Shown here: piece by piece, positions 37,596-46,351 of the stretch
Layout: each line of letters begins with the position of its first letter
How positions within the stretch are numbered: the first letter of the stretch is position 1
Virus record (IMG/VR): IMGVR_UViG_3300043446_005562
Location: 186,001-250,000 of that record
Reading direction: 5' to 3' (one strand)
DNA: 64,000 nucleotides
Notes under the pieces: model-generated
Databases searched by the model: none
Told to the model about the DNA's origin: nothing
What the model saw: only the letters and a program-made list of their open reading frames with translations
Position numbers and translations under genes: made by a program

Positions 37596-37776
37596 GGGTA
37601 GGATCAGACGTGTTCTGCCTACTAGGCAGGTCTGCCTACCGAGACCTCGTCGTTAACTTTCGTCAGAGCGTACCGAGACACCATTTGTTTTTCGACTTGA
37701 GGTAGTCACGGCCGCCTCTGGTCCTCTCAAGTCTATTTCGTATCGTGGCAAGATGCGGCTCGACCCTGATACGCTG
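37596..37776 (-). ncRNA. Candidate structured ncRNA between tRNA-Thr and tRNA-Gly
   Basis: Multiple helices, including GACTTGAG/CTCAAGTC and GGTAGG/CCTACC. Confidence 0.5.
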
Positions 37777-37778
37777 TG

Positions 37779-37851
37779 AGCCTCCTGCCGGGATCGAACC
37801 AGCGACCTACTGATTACAAATCAGTTGCTCTACCAGCTGAGCTAAGGAGGC
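37779..37851 (-). tRNA. tRNA-Thr(UGU)
   Basis: ACTGA-TTTGTAA-TCAGT. Confidence 0.95.
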
Positions 37852-37934
37852 AAGATGAACCGTCACAGTGGTTCAGTCTGGTCATTTTCTTCTTCAGTCA
37901 TCGGTAAACCGCGACCTTCTGACGGTGACATCCA

Positions 37935-38011
37935 TGGTGGACCGTGAGAGACTCGAACTCTCGACCCCCTGCGTGCAAGGCAGGTGCTCTAGCCAACTGA
38001 GCTAACAGCCC
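37935..38011 (-). tRNA. tRNA-Ala(UGC)
   Basis: CCTGC-CTTGCAC-GCAGG, G3:U70, CCA. Confidence 0.95.
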
Positions 38012-38017
38012 ATTTTG

Positions 38018-38089
38018 TAGCCCGTACGAGAATCGAACTCGTCTCTCATCCGTGAAAGGGATGCGTCCTAACCGATAGACTAACGGGCC
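38018..38089 (-). tRNA. tRNA-Glu(UUC)
   Basis: CATCC-CTTTCAC-GGATG. Confidence 0.95.
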
Positions 38090-38211
38090 AAATAAAAACA
38101 TAATACTACTTTAATAGCGCTTACCCAATTTTACAACAGAGCGCGTTACCTTGCTAGACCGTTATTGGGCAACGACTTCTAACAATCCTACCTACCCATA
38201 TTATGTTTTTG

Positions 38212-38283
38212 CGGTCCCACCGGGAATCGAACCCGGCACTTTGCCGTGACAGGGCAATATTATAGCCGATTAACTATGAGACC
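38212..38283 (-). tRNA. tRNA-Asp(GUC)
   Basis: TTGCC-CTGTCAC-GGCAA, G73. Confidence 0.95.
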
Positions 38284-38289
38284 TTTTGC

Positions 38290-38480
38290 TCCTTATAAAT
38301 CCTTCCCGTGCACAGAACAAGAAACTGGGGAGACGTTGTTTCTACTTTTATGAAAGGCTTGGGTACCCTCTCCCACCGTTTCGCAGGTTGAAGCGTCCAT
38401 CTCCACGCCGTCCCTGTGGAACTACAGTGGCTGGTTGTTGCGGCATGCTGCGCTGTGATGGAACATTCGCACAAGCATTG
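38290..38480 (-). ncRNA. Candidate structured ncRNA between tRNA-fMet and tRNA-Asp
   Basis: At least five complementary pairs plus a possible pseudoknot. Confidence 0.55.
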
Positions 38481-38482
38481 AC

Positions 38483-38557
38483 TGGTTGCGGGTGCTGGAA
38501 TCGAACCAGCGATCTTTGGGTTATGAGCCCAACGAGTTACCATTTCTCCGACCCGCG
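38483..38557 (-). tRNA. Initiator tRNA-fMet(CAU)
   Basis: C1:A72 mismatch, three G-C pairs in TTGGG-CTCATAA-CCCAA, CCA. Confidence 0.95.
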
Positions 38558-38562
38558 ATGTG

Positions 38563-38633
38563 TTGTCCCGCAAGGATTCGAACCTCAATTCTCTGGACCA
38601 AAACCAGATGTGCTGCCGTTACACCACAGGACA
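38563..38633 (-). tRNA. tRNA-Gln(UUG)
   Basis: TCTGG-TTTTGGT-CCAGA. Confidence 0.93.
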
Positions 38634-38704
38634 ATTTACTATCTCCAATACGTCAAAGAACCTAATTCTCTTTGTATAGAATATTATACTATATTCCAGA
38701 GATC

Positions 38705-38778
38705 TGGCACGAGTGGAGAGATTCGAACTCCCATCAACGGTTTTGGAGACCGGTATGCTACCATTGCACCACACACGT
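38705..38778 (-). tRNA. tRNA-Trp(CCA)
   Basis: CCGGT-CTCCAAA-ACCGT, CCA end. Confidence 0.92.
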
Positions 38779-38782
38779 ATTT

Positions 38783-38859
38783 TGGTTGGAATAGTAGGAT
38801 TTGAACCTACGACCTCATGAGTATCAGTCATGCGCTCTAACCAACTGAGCTATATTCCA
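38783..38859 (-). tRNA. tRNA-Ile(GAU)
   Basis: CATGA-CTGATAC-TCATG, CCA end. Confidence 0.93.
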
Positions 38860-38862
38860 ATT

Positions 38863-38938
38863 TGGTGGTGCGGGGCAGGATCGAACTGCCGACACCAGGA
38901 TTTTCAGTCCTGTGCTCTACCGTCTGAGCTACCGCACC
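38863..38938 (-). tRNA. tRNA-Phe(GAA)
   Basis: CAGGA-CTGAAAA-TCCTG, CCA end. Confidence 0.95.
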
Positions 38939-38942
38939 GGGT

Positions 38943-38978
38943 AAAACAAAAAACCTCGAATTTTTTAGGTTCGAGGTT
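38943..38978 (-). terminator. Intrinsic terminator immediately upstream of the large tRNA array
   Basis: AACCTCGAA/TTCGAGGTT stem plus TTTTGTTTT. Confidence 0.85.
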
Positions 38979-39002
38979 CAGTGTTTCGTAGTTAATATTT
39001 CC

Positions 39003-39134
39003 TTAACTTAATCCGCTTGAACCTCGCAATGCCCCAAAATCTTTAATCGCTTCCGTTGCATTCACAGTAATTGTGCCTGCCGGATACTGATTCCAGTTTT
39101 GAGAAATTTTTGATGTGTTCGCGTAGTTTTGCAC
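39003..39134 (-). CDS. Putative attenuator leader peptide (43 aa, GTG start)
   Basis: MQNYANTSKISQNWNQYPAGTITVNATEAIKDFGALRGSSGLS; two promoter-like motifs upstream; contains the antiterminator segment. Confidence 0.7.
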   Translation of the reverse strand: MQNYANTSKISQNWNQYPAGTITVNATEAIKDFGALRGSSGLS

Positions 39135-39196
39135 GGTTTAAGTTTTTTGTCTAGTTATTTATAAAGCTATTATACCAACTTTTCGGAAAAAGGTTC

Positions 39197-40054
39197 TTAG
39201 TGTTGAATAATTTTCTTGGAGGTTCCGTCATCATACAGATAAATCATGATTTCATCTTTGCGGATATATTGAACCGGCCTGCCTAACATATCAACCACAC
39301 CAATTAATTTGGGTTCACGTTTAGTAAAAGTTTTAATTCCGCTTGTAGTGCAAGTTTCAATTGTAATACGTGTGAAGAAGAATGTATCTTGGTCCAAGCA
39401 TTTATTATACCATTGAGTTGCAATCAAGTAATGACCATCATGAGGGAATTTGTATTTGATAATGCGAGCATCATTACCCGGTCCTTTCTGCCAAACCAGA
39501 TCGCTATCATTAAAATCGTAATACATGTACAGCTGATCATCACTCATAGAATCCCAGTCGTGCTGATTTAGAGAATCTAGCATAGGTCCATTCCAAATAT
39601 AAGAATACCACTGCCAACAAGTATCGCCTTTCTTCCAAGGACCCAGAGTCATTTCACCAACCATACTATCATTACAGGTTCCGGTAGTACTCTTTAAATT
39701 ATAGACAAACTTAGAGTTGGGAAAATAAATCAATTCAATAGGACGATAAATCAGAGTATCGCATCCTTTACAACGGTTTTTCACTACGACACGCAAGTAA
39801 TACTTACCCTTTTTGTTGAATTGAACTTCGCAAATACCCCTATACGAATAGACAGTATCTAATTTTTTGGTTTGAAGATCAATTACTGTAAACATGTAAT
39901 CGACACAAGTATCATCCAATACTTGACCGCTTAAATACCATTTGTAAAGGTTACGCTGATTCCATTGTTGAAGTTTTAACGTGCTCCAATCACATTTTGC
40001 AGAGGCAGTAGCTGATGCAACGAAAAGCAGAACTGCTAATAGTAGTTTTTTCAC
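39197..40054 (-). CDS. Secreted Cys-containing beta-rich protein with CTD-like C-terminus
   Basis: Signal peptide; C-terminal LIGVVDMLGRPV...IYLYDDGTSKKII resembles Flavobacteriales sorting-type tails. Confidence 0.6.
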   Translation of the reverse strand: MKKLLLAVLLFVASATASAKCDWSTLKLQQWNQRNLYKWYLSGQVLDDTCVDYMFTVIDLQTKKLDTVYSYRGICEVQFNKKGKYYLRVVVKNRCKGCDTLIYRPIELIYFPNSKFVYNLKSTTGTCNDSMVGEMTLGPWKKGDTCWQWYSYIWNGPMLDSLNQHDWDSMSDDQLYMYYDFNDSDLVWQKGPGNDARIIKYKFPHDGHYLIATQWYNKCLDQDTFFFTRITIETCTTSGIKTFTKREPKLIGVVDMLGRPVQYIRKDEIMIYLYDDGTSKKIIQH

Positions 40055-40109
40055 GCCGATCTTATACTAATCAGCACGCAATAAGTTTTTAATGGAAATG
40101 TAAAAAAGA

Positions 40110-40742
40110 TTAGTCTTGAGTCTGGGCTTCCAGGAAAGAAACTACGTCAGAGTAAATTGTCTCTTTATCTGAATTGCTTACGTCCAGCTCATCAAGCAAA
40201 TATCCGCGTTCTGGCACCAGCCTGTTAAAATCGTAGTCCGGTCCGCTACGGCCAAAGAATTCGCCGTGAACTCTAATGTCCCCTGTGTGCGTGACCTCAA
40301 GGGAAGTTTTAGCATAAACGCTATCCCAATTGTATTCCATCTGACGGCGACATGCGTCTTCATACTCGTATTCGGTCATCTGCTTGTCTTCATCGTGAAC
40401 CAAATCCTCTTGGCCCAGCATTCGGATTGCATCTGCTTGAGAACCCGAAGACAATACGTATTCGTCAAACGCAGCCGAAAACCAATTCGCAAGATCATAG
40501 TCATAAAGTCTAATCCATTGGTATCGCGGTATTCTATCAAATCCAGAGTTTGATAGTAGCAGCATTTGAACATAATCCTCCTCATCAATAAAAATTGAAC
40601 TCTCGCCTGTCTCCCTAACCAGGCTTGCCGCTCTGTGCTCCAGTCTAGTCAATTCGTCAGTAAGACCCAATTGAGCAAGGCGGCCTAATCTGTCCTCGTT
40701 CTCGGTTATGAATTGATTAAATCTCTTAAGGGAATGATTCAC
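40110..40742 (-). CDS. Acidic hypothetical protein with CTS-like N-terminus
   Basis: MNHSLKRFNQFITE. Confidence 0.7.
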   Translation of the reverse strand: MNHSLKRFNQFITENEDRLGRLAQLGLTDELTRLEHRAASLVRETGESSIFIDEEDYVQMLLLSNSGFDRIPRYQWIRLYDYDLANWFSAAFDEYVLSSGSQADAIRMLGQEDLVHDEDKQMTEYEYEDACRRQMEYNWDSVYAKTSLEVTHTGDIRVHGEFFGRSGPDYDFNRLVPERGYLLDELDVSNSDKETIYSDVVSFLEAQTQD

Positions 40743-41396
40743 TTAGTATCTGCGTAATTTTGCTAGGGCTCTTTTAGCCGCTTCACCGCGCTCGCGAATG
40801 TTGTCCTTTTCCTCTTGTGACATGTGTTTGTACTGTGCATGCTCAGGATCGGAACCCCAACGCTCAAGGTGATCTAGCGCGCTAACGTCTTGTCGATAGC
40901 CGTGTACCAAATCATCATTGCTGTCGCCCTCTTCATTGCGGCCTCTACGGTAAGGATAATTACCAGCTCCCTTATGATAACGGCCGTATTCGTACACCTC
41001 ATCATTTGGATCGTACTCGTCCTCGTCGTACCAGGTCGCGGGATCAAACTCTTCAGCAACTGCTCTGGTAAATTTTGGATCGGTTTGCAAAAATTCAATG
41101 GCTGAGTCAATTTCAGCCGGATCAGAGGTTTCAACGTATTCGTCGCCTTGTGCAACAGCCAACTGTAGATTGGCAATATTGAAGTCTGAAATTCCATAGA
41201 AATCGCCAAGCTCATGAAAGCCATGGCCCTCTTCTCTCTGTGATGGCGTGTATTCGGTTTCGCCCTCTACCTCGGCTGTGCAAATATAATCACGGCCGTC
41301 CATTGTGAATTCAAAATCTTCAACGGTAATCATTTGGGGTCCGCCGTGATGAGATTCATTCACGAATTGGCCGAAATTTGCTACAAAATTCTTCAT
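40743..41396 (-). CDS. Acidic hypothetical protein with CTS-like N-terminus
   Basis: MKNFVANFGQFVNE. Confidence 0.7.
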   Translation of the reverse strand: MKNFVANFGQFVNESHHGGPQMITVEDFEFTMDGRDYICTAEVEGETEYTPSQREEGHGFHELGDFYGISDFNIANLQLAVAQGDEYVETSDPAEIDSAIEFLQTDPKFTRAVAEEFDPATWYDEDEYDPNDEVYEYGRYHKGAGNYPYRRGRNEEGDSNDDLVHGYRQDVSALDHLERWGSDPEHAQYKHMSQEEKDNIRERGEAAKRALAKLRRY

Positions 41397-41414
41397 TAAG
41401 TAATATCTTTCTTG

Positions 41415-42306
41415 TTATTTATCCAAGACTCTGTCTATTACTTCAATAGAAATGTATCCATCAGGAGAGTCCCGTTTGACCCGAATGGTCATTTCCGAAT
41501 GACCTCTAACAAAGAGCACATCGTCAACCGCTTCCGCCAGATCATCCGTACACAGGTTTGGGTGCACAATGCCCGGCTGATATGGATCCGTTTCAATCTT
41601 TTCGGTGAATTCCGCAACAAGCCGCTTAAGCTCTTCTTGCTCGGCCCGACTTCTAAATTCCGACCCTTTCATTGGATTAGCCTACGTATTTTGCAAAATT
41701 CGCTGCCGCAATCTGAGCCTCTTCATAGGTCTTGATTACCTTGGCCCCGCGTTGTCTAAAAGGAATGTGGCCGACTGCCCACTCGTTGAGAGTCTGACCT
41801 TCTGGAATTTCACCAAGGTGCTTTGCAAAGTATCTTTCGTACTGTAAAAGCTCATCATCGCCCGGCACCCAAGTTGCATCGAATAGGCGATCACCTTTGC
41901 CGAAGGCACAGGCCGCTCTATGCGAATAACCAACCCATTGTTTGGTCGATTTCTTCCACGCGGTGAATACGTGAGTTCCCTTTTTGGCAGTAAGACCGTT
42001 CTTGAGATACCAATAGCCTCTCTCCAAATCGCCAACGTATCCGCCGTCTGGGTGCATGCACGAGTTTTCTAGAGAGTGCTCGCCTTTCGGCCCAAAGGTA
42101 TGAGTTTCAATTCTTAAACCTGTTGTGTTCAGAATTGACGCGATTGCTTCCGGTCTGGGTTCACGAGTATCGATTCGACTTACCAACTTGGTAAAGCCCA
42201 AGTTTAGATGAACCTTGTTTAATTTGTTTGAACCGCTCGAATAGTGAGGGTGCTTTTCAAATTTTAGCCTGATTTTGCCCGAGTAGGGCGTTTGATTCTT
42301 TATCAT
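41415..42306 (-). other. Two hypothetical CDSs (41415-41672; 41677-42306)
   Basis: Co-directional ORFs. Confidence 0.6.
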
Positions 42307-42317
42307 GTTATCTGTTT

Positions 42318-42689
42318 TTAAATTTTATTCCATTTGTTATTGGAGTCTAGCACAAAACTGCCGATCCATTCATAAGACCATTCGGTTGGATTTATCATCG
42401 ACAAAAATAGGTTAGAGTCCCGACCAACATAGAGATGATAGGCTTGACCTATGATGGGTTCAAATGCAAATTTAGCATTGTAGACCAATTCGTTCCATTT
42501 GTACTCTTCAACCAATTTTTGATACTCGGCCTTTAGCTCATTGAACTTTGTCTGCAAGCTGGCATTTGCCTTGACCGAGCTCCTGGCCTTCCATGCGCTG
42601 ATGTCTTCTATCTTGATTGCCGGCGCTCCAACATTACTTGCATAGGGTAAAAGCCCCGGATTATCAGCTACATTGTCTGGCTTTTTCAT
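42318..42689 (-). CDS. DUF2452-like protein (Bacteroidota-associated family)
   Basis: LLPYASNVGAPAI...AKFAFEPIIGQAYHLY...LSMINPTEW. Confidence 0.7.
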   Translation of the reverse strand: MKKPDNVADNPGLLPYASNVGAPAIKIEDISAWKARSSVKANASLQTKFNELKAEYQKLVEEYKWNELVYNAKFAFEPIIGQAYHLYVGRDSNLFLSMINPTEWSYEWIGSFVLDSNNKWNKI

Positions 42690-42699
42690 TGATACTATT

Positions 42700-42787
42700 T
42701 GGCGGAGAGGGAGGGATTCGAACCCCCGTTAGCTTTCACTAAAACGGTTTTCAAGACCGCCGCATTCGACCGCTCTGCCACCTCTCC
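42700..42787 (-). tRNA. tRNA-Ser(UGA)
   Basis: GCGGT-CTTGAAA-ACCGT, long variable arm, G73, CCA. Confidence 0.95.
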
Positions 42788-42823
42788 TGATTTATTATAT
42801 TATACTACCTTAGTCAAAAAAAT

Positions 42824-43819
42824 TTACGGATAGGGTTCAATATAATTTTCTATTTGATCTACCGATTTACTAAAGACTAAGAGATCATTATCGTAAACCT
42901 CAAATTTTGAAACTCCGCCCCTAATTTCGTTAAAGGTCCATTCACCGTCTATTGTAAAAGTATGCTCAAAAATTTCGTAATTTGAAAAATCGCCGTAGAC
43001 CTTTACCTTTCTGCGTAGAGTGGAATTTTTTCTATTCAAAGAGAATAATATGGTTTGGTCCCCGTATTTGTAAACATCGGTTGAACACTCATGCATTGAT
43101 TCCGGCAAATGAGAATTGGAAATAGACTGATTCCACACAGTATCGTTCAATACTTCAGCCAAATCATTCTCGATGTAAATTTGATCCTTGTCTAATTTAC
43201 TAATGTAATGATACATCAATTTTTCAACAGTAACAAAATCCTGATTACCGTATTCTCTGTTCAATAAATCTGAGTAATCCTGCTCATTTTTTATCTCTGG
43301 AAAGTTATCTAGAAAAAAGTCAATTTCGCTGAAAAAATATTGAAAAGTATTTACCTTAGCTGGCTCATTGATGTAAAATTTGGCCTTTTTACCCGCAGCT
43401 GCACACGCAAGTGGAGTGTCGATAAAATCTTGCAAAGTTCTTTCACCAATCAAAGTATCATATTCAATTCGTCTAAAATGGGTGTAACCTAGGTCCTTTG
43501 CCAGTTTTAAACTTCTGAATAGATTTATGAGCACCGACAGTCCATGCTTTTGAGTGTGAACTTGTAGAGTAAAAAATTTTAGGTCATTAACTACTCTCCA
43601 CAATAAAAATCTCTCATAATTCTCGTATTTGCCTTCAAATAGAGTATTACTCTTGTCGTAGAAAAGATAGTCAACTCGTTCGGCAATGCTTTTATCCAGC
43701 ACACTATTTGTAATCAACAGAACTGGATCAATTGGATTCACCCTATTCAAAAAATTAATCAGCAATTCGTGTTGTTGGTCCCGATCCACGAATGCATCTA
43801 TGATTGTTATTGTCTTCAT
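42824..43819 (-). CDS. Hypothetical glycosylation-island protein (paralogue of 46348-47325)
   Basis: Shared N-terminal pattern II.AF...LL..L...V.YL.YD.SN...H...V..N....AK..GY.....EYD. Confidence 0.6.
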   Translation of the reverse strand: MKTITIIDAFVDRDQQHELLINFLNRVNPIDPVLLITNSVLDKSIAERVDYLFYDKSNTLFEGKYENYERFLLWRVVNDLKFFTLQVHTQKHGLSVLINLFRSLKLAKDLGYTHFRRIEYDTLIGERTLQDFIDTPLACAAAGKKAKFYINEPAKVNTFQYFFSEIDFFLDNFPEIKNEQDYSDLLNREYGNQDFVTVEKLMYHYISKLDKDQIYIENDLAEVLNDTVWNQSISNSHLPESMHECSTDVYKYGDQTILFSLNRKNSTLRRKVKVYGDFSNYEIFEHTFTIDGEWTFNEIRGGVSKFEVYDNDLLVFSKSVDQIENYIEPYP

Positions 43820-44661
43820 TGTTTTATAGCTAATGTATCAATACCAAATTCAATGATTTTATAATTTAAACTCTGTAAATAGTCAATACACGGTTGATAA
43901 GTATTTATGAATTTAGCATGTTCATTTTCAAAAATAATGAATTTGGGCAAGTACTTTAAGCCCATAATCAATTCAGCATCATAACCTTCAATATCAGTAT
44001 GCAGCCAATCGTACTCTTGATAGTTATTGGACTCAATGAGTTCATTTATTGAAACGCTTTGCCTTTTTTCGGTCAAGATCTCTTCGTCTTTCAAGAATCG
44101 CTGATTTACCTGCTTCACGACCGAGTCTGTGTATCCCGCTCCGCCCGTGTGCCATTCAATTAATCCACCGTCTACTGTTACAATTTCGTTTACCAGGGTA
44201 CAGTTGGCTAGGCCATCATAATTTTTTTGTAACTCTTTAAATTGAGGCTCGGAACCCTCTATGATTATGCAATCTGTGTCTTGATCCCTTACCGATTGTA
44301 CCCAATGTCCCCAAACTCCATTGTGAGATCCTATAACAATGCCTTTGGTATTCTTGTTATATTTACAATAGAAATTAAAGAATTTGTCCAAATCTCCACC
44401 GTCGTATAGCGAATTGTATTCTCTGGTAAAAATAACATTTCTCTGTTGATCCATGACAGTTATGTTCCATCTACTATTGCCGCCGCCATTCCATTCTGAC
44501 CAGTGGCCTGGTAACAATTGAGTTTCCCAGCCCTCTCCAGCCAGATCATTGAAACTAACGATCAGGGGTTCTTTTATTATGAGAGCCAGCGCAGGATCTA
44601 ATTCTATTTTAAATGTAAAAAGCTCAGGATTCTGCTGATTGTGCAATTTAAAGTGTATCAT
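43816..44661 (-). CDS. FkbM-family methyltransferase with extra N-terminal domain
   Basis: VIGSHNG, IIEG, LHTDIEGYD, IFEN. Confidence 0.7.
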   Translation of the reverse strand: MIHFKLHNQQNPELFTFKIELDPALALIIKEPLIVSFNDLAGEGWETQLLPGHWSEWNGGGNSRWNITVMDQQRNVIFTREYNSLYDGGDLDKFFNFYCKYNKNTKGIVIGSHNGVWGHWVQSVRDQDTDCIIIEGSEPQFKELQKNYDGLANCTLVNEIVTVDGGLIEWHTGGAGYTDSVVKQVNQRFLKDEEILTEKRQSVSINELIESNNYQEYDWLHTDIEGYDAELIMGLKYLPKFIIFENEHAKFINTYQPCIDYLQSLNYKIIEFGIDTLAIKQ

Positions 44662-44735
44662 AGTATATTGTTTGTTTTATTAGCGTTTGGTTCTTTATTT
44701 TACTATTAATAATGATAAGGATCTTATCCATTTTA

Positions 44736-45638
44736 TTAGAGTAATTTTTCTTCCCAGTACTGCACGAAACTGTTTATAGTTTTTTGATCTATTTTTTCCA
44801 ATTCCTGTAAATGATTTCTAACCAAGCCGACCGTATCATTAGCCCATTTTAAATCATCTAAGCCATAGGCTACTCCAAACATTTGAGTAGGATTGCTTAA
44901 TCTATATTCCAACGGAGTAGTGTTTTTGTCCGGATTCAATATTATTGATTTACAACCGCATAAAGCGGCCGCTGCAGTAATATATGATTTAGAATCAAAT
45001 GTGACCAAATACTCAAATTTATTAAATTCATCGGATAGTTCACTGAATTTACCATCAAGCATCAAACTAGTTAAATTTTTTGCATTGAATTTATCAACAA
45101 AATCTAAACCCCAGTCTGGAGTGTACTTATGATTGATAAAACAAAAACCATTTCTTTTAGCGTTTTTGCTAGTGTACGTTTCTAATTTATAGTCAGTTAC
45201 AATTAATTTTTGCTGTTTTATATTTTTTGGTACAAAAAAGGATCCATAATTGTATATTAGATCAGTTTCGTCATAACTTTTCCATTTTTCATGATCATCA
45301 TGTAAAATCCATCTACACGTATGTATTGTTCCAAATGGATTGTGCCACGTATTTTGGTTGTATATTGAAATGGTTTTATGTAGATCATACGCAAACGGCT
45401 CCCAACTAAACTCCGAATCCCAAGGATTACCTTTTTCTTCAGTCTTTGAAGTTGGAATCGTATTAATATTTTCATGGGGATAGCACGGTTCATCAAAAAC
45501 ATATACAATGTGTCCTCGATTTGCTAACTCATAGGCCAGTTTGTGAACTGCGATTGAACCTCCCCTATTTTCAAAACCAATAGAACATAGCGTATCAACG
45601 ATAAATGTTAGCTTTCCTTCCTCGTTTTTTAAAAGCAT
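44736..45638 (-). CDS. Glycosyltransferase-like protein (GT-B type)
   Basis: GGSIAVHKLAYELANRGH; YITAAAALCGCKSII. Confidence 0.55.
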   Translation of the reverse strand: MLLKNEEGKLTFIVDTLCSIGFENRGGSIAVHKLAYELANRGHIVYVFDEPCYPHENINTIPTSKTEEKGNPWDSEFSWEPFAYDLHKTISIYNQNTWHNPFGTIHTCRWILHDDHEKWKSYDETDLIYNYGSFFVPKNIKQQKLIVTDYKLETYTSKNAKRNGFCFINHKYTPDWGLDFVDKFNAKNLTSLMLDGKFSELSDEFNKFEYLVTFDSKSYITAAAALCGCKSIILNPDKNTTPLEYRLSNPTQMFGVAYGLDDLKWANDTVGLVRNHLQELEKIDQKTINSFVQYWEEKLL

Positions 45639-45640
45639 AG

Positions 45641-46351
45641 TTATTTTTTCTTTAAGACTATTTTTAAGTTATCATAGTGATCGTAGTGATTACCAATTAA
45701 CTCCCATTCTATTCTGCCAGCCAGCGCCTCTTGATATAGATGTGCGCCCTTGCCGATCATTGGATATTGAATAGCTACATTACTCTCGGTTCCATTCTGA
45801 AACCATTGTAGCAAACTATTATTTCTCCAATTGTCATCAATTATTATGATACTGCCAGGTTTCATCAGCCTCTCGATTGCTGTGAATTCTTTCCATACAT
45901 GAAGCGCGCTCGGAAAAGGATCGAACAGCTGAAAATCATAACTATCTAGATGAATGATATTTGGGATGATTGGAGGAGTCTTCAAGAATTCTATTGAGTC
46001 TTGACAATAGGTTTTGTACTTTAGATTAGGTAGTTGAGTTTTAAAAATAATTTCACTATTTTCGCAGGCTGACTGATCTAGATCGACCGAATGCATTTGC
46101 CCACCGTATTGATCTATTGCGTGCGCAAAAAATAATCCAAATAGTCCATACTCCAGATGACCACTAACGCCAGTTTCTATTAAATTAATTTCGTCAAATT
46201 GAAAATTCTCGGAAAGACAATCGACTAGTGTGTTCATCTGACGTACTCTTAACTGATATCCCTTATGATTATAATAGTCTTCTACCTTATCCTCAAGATA
46301 TTGATTGTACTGTACAATTGAATTCAATAGGATCTGCTTCAAATTTTTCAT
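45641..46351 (-). CDS. Class I SAM-dependent methyltransferase
   Basis: LIETG, SVDLD, DSIEFL, IHLDSYD, IIIDD. Confidence 0.7.
   Translation of the reverse strand: MKNLKQILLNSIVQYNQYLEDKVEDYYNHKGYQLRVRQMNTLVDCLSENFQFDEINLIETGVSGHLEYGLFGLFFAHAIDQYGGQMHSVDLDQSACENSEIIFKTQLPNLKYKTYCQDSIEFLKTPPIIPNIIHLDSYDFQLFDPFPSALHVWKEFTAIERLMKPGSIIIIDDNWRNNSLLQWFQNGTESNVAIQYPMIGKGAHLYQEALAGRIEWELIGNHYDHYDNLKIVLKKK

Noticed and set aside
37650-37680. Hammerhead ribozyme (CTGACGA)
   Set aside because: No separate GAAAC after a stem II, and no cleavage-site geometry
38290-38480. Cobalamin riboswitch (GCCACTG and GGGAAGG motifs present)
   Set aside because: The upstream GGGAA/GGTGAAATCC core and downstream AGCCAG-AGACC elements are absent, and there is no downstream ORF to regulate
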